From assembly GCA_023515725.1 (NCBI GenBank), contig JALDTO010000246.1, forward strand, positions 343,680 to 407,679: a DNA stretch of 64,000 nt, written 5' to 3'. The notes beneath the pieces are model-generated. The model made no database searches. It was not told the origin of the DNA and saw nothing but the letters and a program-made list of their open reading frames with translations. Source of the stretch: Amoeboaphelidium protococcarum X5. Its lineage: Eukaryota; Fungi; Aphelidiomycota. The translations under genes were made by a program, and so were the position numbers. Below, one piece after another: positions 56,349-64,000 of this stretch (position 1 is its first letter; each line of letters starts with the position of its first letter).

Positions 56349-58784
56349 TCAAATAGTAATGTCAGAGAGTAGGCTCTACTCTTCCTCCAACAAAATTTTG
56401 TTCTTCTACTTGGCCTTATACATTGCAATACCACTGATTACTAGGAGAATGGATCCAACAATGACTCCGACTAGATAAACGTAATGGGATAGGCCAAGAG
56501 CGAAATACACCTGAGACTTGAACTTTAACGCTAGATCAGCGGTAACTTGACTATCAATCTACTGTATCATCACGGGGATAGGCTTTCTCGCCATTAGAGG
56601 TGCAAACACGTTCAGATTCACTTCAGGATGTGAGTAATCGGCAGTGAGCTGAACTGACACTCGAGCGCGCATAGCTTTACCAGTCAGTGGTTCTACGTCG
56701 ACAAAAGTCTCGCCAACTCCTTCCAAGTCCGCAGGCGCCTCTTCAGCTATCAAATGCAAATGCTTCGGCTCGTACAGACTCATTCGCATAGTCTCCTCTA
56801 TTCCGGAGCGTTTAAACTTGTCAAAGGTGAATCTCTTCATCTTGATCCCAAACAAATCATCCACATACTTCTTCTCTTTGAACTCAACACTTCCCGTCAG
56901 AGCAGGTACAAACAATTGGAATGATCTAATCTGCTGAATCTTGTTCAGCGGCTCAAAATCAGTTCCCGCATATAAATTACCTCCAGATATCTACAGTGTA
57001 CGGCCGGGAAACATCTACTTCAACTCTTCACGTCCATCAAAAGACTTAAACTGACCAGTCAGCGATACATCATCTTTACCAGTGTGCATCTCAATCGGCT
57101 GTTTATAATACTCTTTCACAATCTAGCCTTTAGAATTGCGATAACGATACTGTCTGCATGAGAACAATTCATTGGACAAATCAGCACTCGAGGTACATCT
57201 AGGAGTACCATACACGTCATCCGTATGCGGCAAGAGAGCAATCGAATGATGCCGTGGATCCGATGGCTCCAACACAAAACTGATAAACTCGTCTTGATAT
57301 CCGAGAACGTGTTCATGAACAGTCCTTGTACTGAATACACCATTGACTTGCGCCTTAATCTTGGACTAGAATATACCTTTTATCACAGTTTTCGAAACAT
57401 GATCCAAATACTTTCTAACAAGCATAAGGTCACCATATGGACTAGGTAAGCACTCTTCTATGGAATAAAAGAGAGGTTGATCATCAAGCGATGGCAATAT
57501 AAACTCCTATGCTTTACCTTCAGGTAGGTGGAAATTGAGGAAACTTTACTGAGCATACGTCTTGTTCGCCGTCATCAATTCCTCCAAGCATCGCATAGTG
57601 GTCAAGTTCCATCCCTGAAAATATTCGGCAGAACCTCCAAAAGCAAACGGCAACTCTGGTGGACTAGCTGGATCAGCAGAGATGAGCGTATTAGCTCTCT
57701 GCAACTTTTGAAGAACATCTCCTCTAAGCATCTATCTATATGGAACATCTTCCCAGTTCTGAACCTTGACCGCTTTATCTACTCCCTGATTAATTAGTAA
57801 GAAGGCAACCTGCCTCACCAGTGGACATTATCCAGCCTATTTCAACCAGAATAGCAAGTGATGATACTGCCAATAGGTGATACCGAAATGTTCCATAATC
57901 TCATGCTTACGATCGACACCATCAGCCTCCAACCAATAGTTGACGCCTATACCATCTTCAACATTCAGAATAGAGTACTTGTCTTTGGCATTCAACACTT
58001 GATCTATAATATTGGTGGAAATAGGCTCAGCGTACTAACCGACACCGGAAGTTAGAGAATTGTACAAGCAACCCACGCCGGTCCAGATGTTTTTACACTT
58101 CAAACCACCATCACCACCGCAATAACCACCGATACGTTTACGCATATTCTCTTTACCGCCAACCAATTTCTCGACAACAGGCAAAGACTGTGTAATCAGA
58201 GTGGACGCAATGTTGCCTTTAATACCCGACACCAATAGCTTCTTCATGGTGGCAATCGCCTCGGGTATGACCTGAAGTGAGCCAAAGAGCAGCGTGTCAG
58301 ATTCATCACCATACGTGGACATGGTCTAAAAGTATGCCAAATTCACAATAGTTAACGTATCATTAGCTGGACCTGCAGACATTTCTGGTACAAACTTATT
58401 CTAAATAGACTCGGTGTAACGATAGATGGCTCCATCATTAGTGAACTGCCCATGTCTATAGTAGTACTCTCTATACACGTATGGACCGACCAGATTATAC
58501 TCTGGCGATTCACCAAGCACGACGCGATGAGGATTAGTGATATTATAAAACCACATCTTGTTGTACTTGGGAGGACTGCCATCATCCATGTTGGATTTTA
58601 GCTGATCATACTCGGGGTGATGCTCAGAAGCGACAACGACAGTATCTAATACCGCGGAATTCACAATAGATGGAATCAACGCCTTTGACAGAATGCCTAG
58701 CACTAGCATCAGAATGGCCAATATAAAGAAGCACAGCGACACTCTAAACACTCTGCTTCTCCTCACCGACAGTGCCTTGAACAT
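56349..58784 (-). CDS. CD36/SCARB (LIMP-2-like) scavenger receptor, 811 aa
   Basis: N-terminal TM, WFYNITNP, VGPYVYREY, TFVDVEPLTG, C-terminal TM and a tail containing EEEQSLL. Confidence 0.85.
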
Positions 58785-59310
58785 TTTTCACCCAATTCTC
58801 TCTCAATCTTTCACTCTCGATGTAAAAATCAATATATGCAATGTAAAATAGCCGAGGATTATTAAGCAGCGAAAACACTTCCTAGCGCTAAATAGCTATG
58901 AGAATTAAATGAGACAAAGAGCTGTTTAATAACAACCAAAATAGCGCCTGTCGATCAGTCAATGTTTGATGAAGATCTTTTTGAAATTGGAGAATTTTTA
59001 GATTCGCGCTCTGCTTCTGTAAGCCATCGCGTCCCTGAAAAATTATGGAACTATATTTACTAATCACTACGATATATCGGTAGGCTTATATGCTGCGCCT
59101 TAAAATGTCTATTTTGGTAACTTTGAGGCAATATCAAGTTTAATCCCTTGAAGGACATAGCCACTCAGTATATGCATTTTCCTGAGTGTACCGTATCTGT
59201 AAAATCTTACATAGCAAGTAAAGAGAGAGCACAGTACACACGAAAGAAGGAAATAAAACCAACAAAACTCTATTATCATACAGAACGCGCGCACAATTTA
59301 ATCTATGCTA

Positions 59311-59620
59311 TCAATATCCTTTGAATCCTACTAATCTATTTCTCTTATCCAACTACATGTACATTAAAAATTATTAAACATATCAATCATCAACAAATCA
59401 TAAATTTAGTATAAAGTACCAATCCTTTGAGGCATACATCGTGCGCTCTCTGCAACTGACGGCATTTCTCGGGCACGCCGTCACCTTCCGGTCCATATTT
59501 GTCCACGAGTTTCTAATCTCCCACTAGACACTCTTTAACAGACTTTTTATCCTTGACCACACAGTCACTTAGCAGAATACAATCGATCACTTCCTACCGT
59601 AATCCTTTACACGTTGGCAT
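59311..59620 (-). CDS. COA5: Cytochrome c oxidase assembly factor Coa5/Pet191, intron 59353-59419
   Basis: MPTCKGLRQEVIDCILLSDCV, ECL, VPEKCRQLQRAHDVCLKGL|LDKRNRLVG (Pet191 cysteine pattern). Confidence 0.88.
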
Positions 59621-59760
59621 TTATTTTTTACTGATGATGTATCTTTTTGTAAATAGATAAAAAGAGGAATAAGGAATAATGATAAAAGCAACATCGTTAG
59701 ATATACGAGGAGGTTTAGAGAACGAGTTTTATTTTAATGAAAATATCTAATAATTCATAA

Positions 59761-60870
59761 TCAATTATGAGCAGATGACTACTACTACGACTAATCGTCT
59801 GCCTGTTTTATTATAGGATGATTAAAGACTGGGGTGTCATCGTCCTTCATTATGATCCATTAGTGTCCAGCTGGCTACTCTTTGAACCACTGCTACTACT
59901 TCCACCCTTCTTTCATCTATTTTTACTGGGCCGCTTTAATCTTCTCAGCATGTTCATAAACTCTCAGTCTATCCTATCGTCTCTGTTCCAACCATTAGAG
60001 CAGCTCCTACTGATCTTCCACTTGCAACGGTTGATGGGCGGCAAAAACGCGATCGCTGTTCGACTTTGACGCGTCGAGAAGTTCTGCGGCAGATTTCAAA
60101 TAGCCGCGAGGTCTGAACACAATCTCGAATCGCTGCTCATCTGCTAGGTATCCTCTATTTTATGGATCTCGATAGTAGGCAATGTCAGACTCTAAGACTG
60201 GCGCCTCATAAAACTTTTATAGACCATCTAAAGAGTCAGCGCTATCTCCTCTCAGCATCTACTTCAGTCCGCTCCTGGTATGATACACACATGTCACACT
60301 ACCACCGTGTTTCTCGATGCTTGCAATGGCAGTCTTTGATGCTTTACTAACCTCTATATTAATCTTAAACTTGAAATATTCGGCACCATTACCCAGCAAT
60401 TTAACTCCATCAACAATCTTGCCATTAAGAACGCGTGACTATTTTAAATCTCTCATGGTCAACACATCGCCATCTTGATACTTTAACCGACCGCTTTCGA
60501 TACAAAATTGAAGATAATCCAAATTCAAAGTCCTGTACCGAGGCTTCACTTCTCTCGGTGCCCAGCTCCAGCGCGGAATTGCCTGAATAATCGGGTTAGT
60601 AGTCAATCCGGTGAACCATGGCTTAGACGGACCGTCATGATGTTTCTGCCCACCGTTGCCACGTCCTGAAGATCCACCGCGTTTTCCTCCACGACCGACG
60701 CGTTACTTTTTGATATGAGATCCTGGAATTGGTGATACATTACTCACCATCACCTGATCATGGCGTTCTTGTATTGGCGTAGATTAATGCAGACTATCCA
60801 GCGACAGAGAACGCATAAATGATACGCTAGAGAGTGTTGCTCTCTTAATAACTCGGATTGACGTCAACAT
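59761..60870 (-). CDS. Mitochondrial ribosomal protein uL15m
   Basis: Presequence, RVGRG...GRGNGGQK, LNLDYLQ, DGVKLLG, IEVSKASKTAIASIEKHGG and YYRDPQNRGYL. Confidence 0.88.
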
Positions 60871-61086
60871 TTTATGGCTTTGTTTCTCTTCTATCGTTTC
60901 TCTCAATGAAAATACTATAGTTGAACGGCAAAGGTAACGGAAGAAACGCGAAAAATAGAAATCGCTCGCCTCAAGTCAAATCATCGTCATCTCTCTTAAC
61001 GGAAGAAGGTAGTGAATTCTTTTCTTTAGTGTAAAGTAGTAGCAATAGCAAGTCTGAATCTGTTAATTAAATAAAATCATTATAAT

Positions 61087-61485
61087 ATGAGCGATTCATA
61101 GAAGCAGTCAAAAGATTTAAAGGCACCTGCTAGTAAGGAGGAGGCATCAAAGAATCTGCAGAAATTAACTTTCATTGAAGAAGACGATGAGTTTGAAGAG
61201 TTTCCAACTCAAGGTATTTTATTATGCCTACATTACGCATGCATTATAAATCGCATAATATTTAAACTATAAATCCATGTAGAATGGCAACAACAAAGCA
61301 ATGGAAAGAATGAAGTTGAGCAGTTGAGTATCTGGAATAATGACTGGGATGATGATGAAGTTGAAGATGATTTCACTGTTCAGTTGAGGTATTTATTAGT
61401 GTGCTTTTAGTATTGTCGTATAAGGAGTATGTATGTATTTAACATTGAGTGTAGGAGCGAAATTTCCAAAGTTAAAGCCAAGTGA
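61087..61485 (+). CDS. SEM1: Sem1/DSS1 proteasome lid subunit; introns 61214-61282 and 61389-61454
   Basis: EEDDEFEEFP, WNNDWDDDEVEDDFTVQL|RSEI. Confidence 0.92.
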
Positions 61486-61692
61486 ATACCTGTATAATTT
61501 TATGAAAGATTATCTACTTCACTTCAATTTTTAAATCTAGTTTTATTTATCATTAGGTGATATGGGTGATATGATGATTCAAATGTTCTCTGTTAATGAC
61601 TTTCACCTTGTTTCCATTTTACTCTTTTAATACTTTTTATACTTGGAGATTACTCGAGATCATAGTACGTGGAATTTATTTACTGTAAATAG

Positions 61693-63255
61693 ATGATGAA
61701 TAATCACTTGTAAAAGAGGCTAAAGTTGAAGAATTTGTAATTGTTGAAGAGTGATGCGTTTATTGCAGGTTAGTGGGTTAGTAGTGGTACAAAAGATAAT
61801 GGTGATAGCAGGTATGTTGTCAGAGATCCTCTAACTGGCGATGAGCTGGCAAAAGTCTCAAATTGTACAGGCCATGAGGATACAAAGCTGGCTATTGATG
61901 CTGCTTATGATACGTTCCGCTCTCAGCAATATAAATCTCTATCTCCTGTACATAGATCTAGATTACTTCTCAAATGGCACGACCTGATTGTGGATAACAA
62001 GGATGATTTGGCGAATATCGTTGTGTCTGAGAACGGAAAGCCATTTAAAGAGGCTGTGGGAGAAGTGTTATATGCTGCATCTTTTGTCAAGTGGTTCGCT
62101 GAGGAAGTGAAGCGTGATTATGGACGTCTGATACCATCTAATGATTTACGATTGAGATTGGAGGTTCGTCATGAGCCGATTGGTGTGTGTGCTCTTATAA
62201 CGCCTTGGAATTTCCCGCTGGCTATGGTGACTCGAAAGATTGCTCCTGCCATAGCTGCGGGGAATACAGTTGTCTTGAAGCCATCGCCAGAGACTCCGCT
62301 ATCTGCTCTGGCATTAGCTCATCTGGCAGATTAGGCTGGCTTTCTGAAGGGCTCCATAAATGTGGTGCCGTGTGATAAGGATAATGTTGCAGATGTGGGA
62401 GATATGTTATGCGGGGATGATCGAGTGCGTAAATTGAGTTTTACTGGAAGCACTGGTGTTGGAGTGCATTTGATGGCGCAGTGTGCGCGGACAGTTAAGC
62501 GGACATCAATGGAACTCGGTGGTAATGCACCATTCATAGTGCTTGCGCCTTCTTCTAGTATGAACTATAGTGAATCTCAGATAGATCAATATTTGGATTC
62601 GAGTGTCAAGAATTTAGTTGATGCCAAGTTGAGGAATGCTGGTTAGACTTGTATTGCACCGAATAGAATTATTGTACATTAGTAGATTCATGATTAATTT
62701 GTGCGTAAATTGACTCATTATCTTCGTGATTATACTGTGTGTGGTAGTGGATTTGATTCCAGAGTTAATGTCGGACCACTTATTACCAGTCAGGCAAAGT
62801 AGAAAGTGCTGAGACATTTGGATGATGCATAATAAAAGGGATCGGAAGTGTTGTACAATGGCGCCGATAATCAATCTCTGCATAATATTGAATCGTAAAA
62901 TCTAGTGGCGCCTATTTTAATTACTGGTTGCACTAAAGATATGGCAGTGGCGAGTGAGGAGACATTCGGCCCCCTATTTTCTGTATTCCAGTGTTAGTCT
63001 GGTGAGGATGCTATTTAAATGTCCGATGATACACAGTTCGGACTCGCCGCTTATCTAATGCATCCAGATCGACACATGGCTCAGTTGCTGGCATAATAGC
63101 TGGAAAGTGGCATGATGGGAATTAATACTGGGACTATATCCTACCCGCAATGTCCTTTCGGTGGTGTCAAGCATTCCGGTGTTGGAAGAGAGGGTGGTGT
63201 CGAAGGTTTATTGGAGTTTCTAAATGTCAAATACATGGCAATCAATGACAATTGA
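61693..63255 (+). CDS. UGA2: Succinate-semialdehyde dehydrogenase (NAD(P)+)
   Basis: [42 protein letters not shown] and [14 protein letters not shown]. Confidence 0.92.
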
Positions 63256-63398
63256 CTCTATCCTTTAAAGTGAGATTGGCAAGATTGATGATTTTACAAA
63301 TATTATTTCAATGTCATGTACTTCAATATCATGTCTTATCATAGGCTCCATAAGTAGTTCTCGGTCACTTCGTACAATTTCACCACACTTCATACCAT

Positions 63399-63998
63399 TC
63401 AAGCAAAACGAATAGAGCTCTTACCACCAGGGACATTCAGGACGCGGCTAGATGGTCTGTTCTACACTGATCCAAGTCCATTAGAGCTACTGGCCCATTT
63501 ACTGACATCACTAGGCTCTTGCTAATTTCCACCTGTGGTAGCAGATTTGATCTTCTCATTCTCAGAGTATCCGCCAAAGATATCGTGATGAGAGTCATTA
63601 CGTCTTGCAGCAGCAGCATTGTGTCCCTTGTGGTGACCATGTCTGGTTGGTGAAGATCTTCCGGATGGAGACTTTTGATCCAGATGATCAACCTGAGTGT
63701 TGGGAAACTACTTCTTGGCAGACTTTGGTGGTTGATAATTATCCTTATCACCAGCATAATCATCACCCAGGCTGAAATGTGAGACATTAGTAGAGTTATG
63801 AGCCAGACGTTTACCATGACGCTCTCCCTACTCCTACTGAGGTACATACTCATCATCCTGACCAATAGAGAAATGGCTCTAATGATGGTGTGGATCAGCC
63901 TTGACAGATGATTTGTACACTCCTCTGGTGGTTGTAGAAGATGAGAACTCGTTTCTGTTAATCTAAACATTAACCCCGCTCAGTTACTTCTCCAGACA
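63399..63998 (-). CDS. 3' part of a disordered protein ending in a PGG motif (Jupiter/HN1/SPIRAL1-like)
   Basis: Frame open from the window edge; repeated SHFS(I/L)G and C-terminal NRPSSRVLNVPGGKSSIRFA then TGA. Confidence 0.65.
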
Positions 63999-64000
63999 AT

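Overview
Gene-dense eukaryotic nuclear DNA from a fungal or fungus-related lineage that uses a non-standard genetic code: TAA and TAG read as Gln and TGA is the only stop (translation table 6). The code, the gene content and the few tiny introns match what is known of the aphelid Amoeboaphelidium protococcarum, though the organism is an inference. The supplied ORF track is therefore fragmented, and I rebuilt genes by reading through TAA/TAG. About 34 protein genes are present, including ERV2, CEG1, VPS4, SGF29, APC10, RPT2, an IQ-DH-PH RhoGEF, POP5, a Kch1-like protein, a 7TM protein, an HNH protein, ADE3, ECD, ABD1, an FHA protein, BET4, HOM3, CCA1, UAP1, SNX4, a CD36/LIMP-2-like receptor, COA5, mitochondrial uL15, SEM1 and SSADH. 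There are also two identical tRNA-Asp genes. Most unusual: (1) a 3.9-kb array of 22 units of 176/177 bp with a 529-bp higher-order trimer, sitting where the N-terminus of a near-identical duplicate of the CCA-adding enzyme gene should be; (2) an in-frame fusion of Rab geranylgeranyltransferase alpha with a Rib2-type deaminase; (3) all 11 inferred introns end in TGTAG; (4) a tandem pair of secreted G/N/S-repeat proteins.
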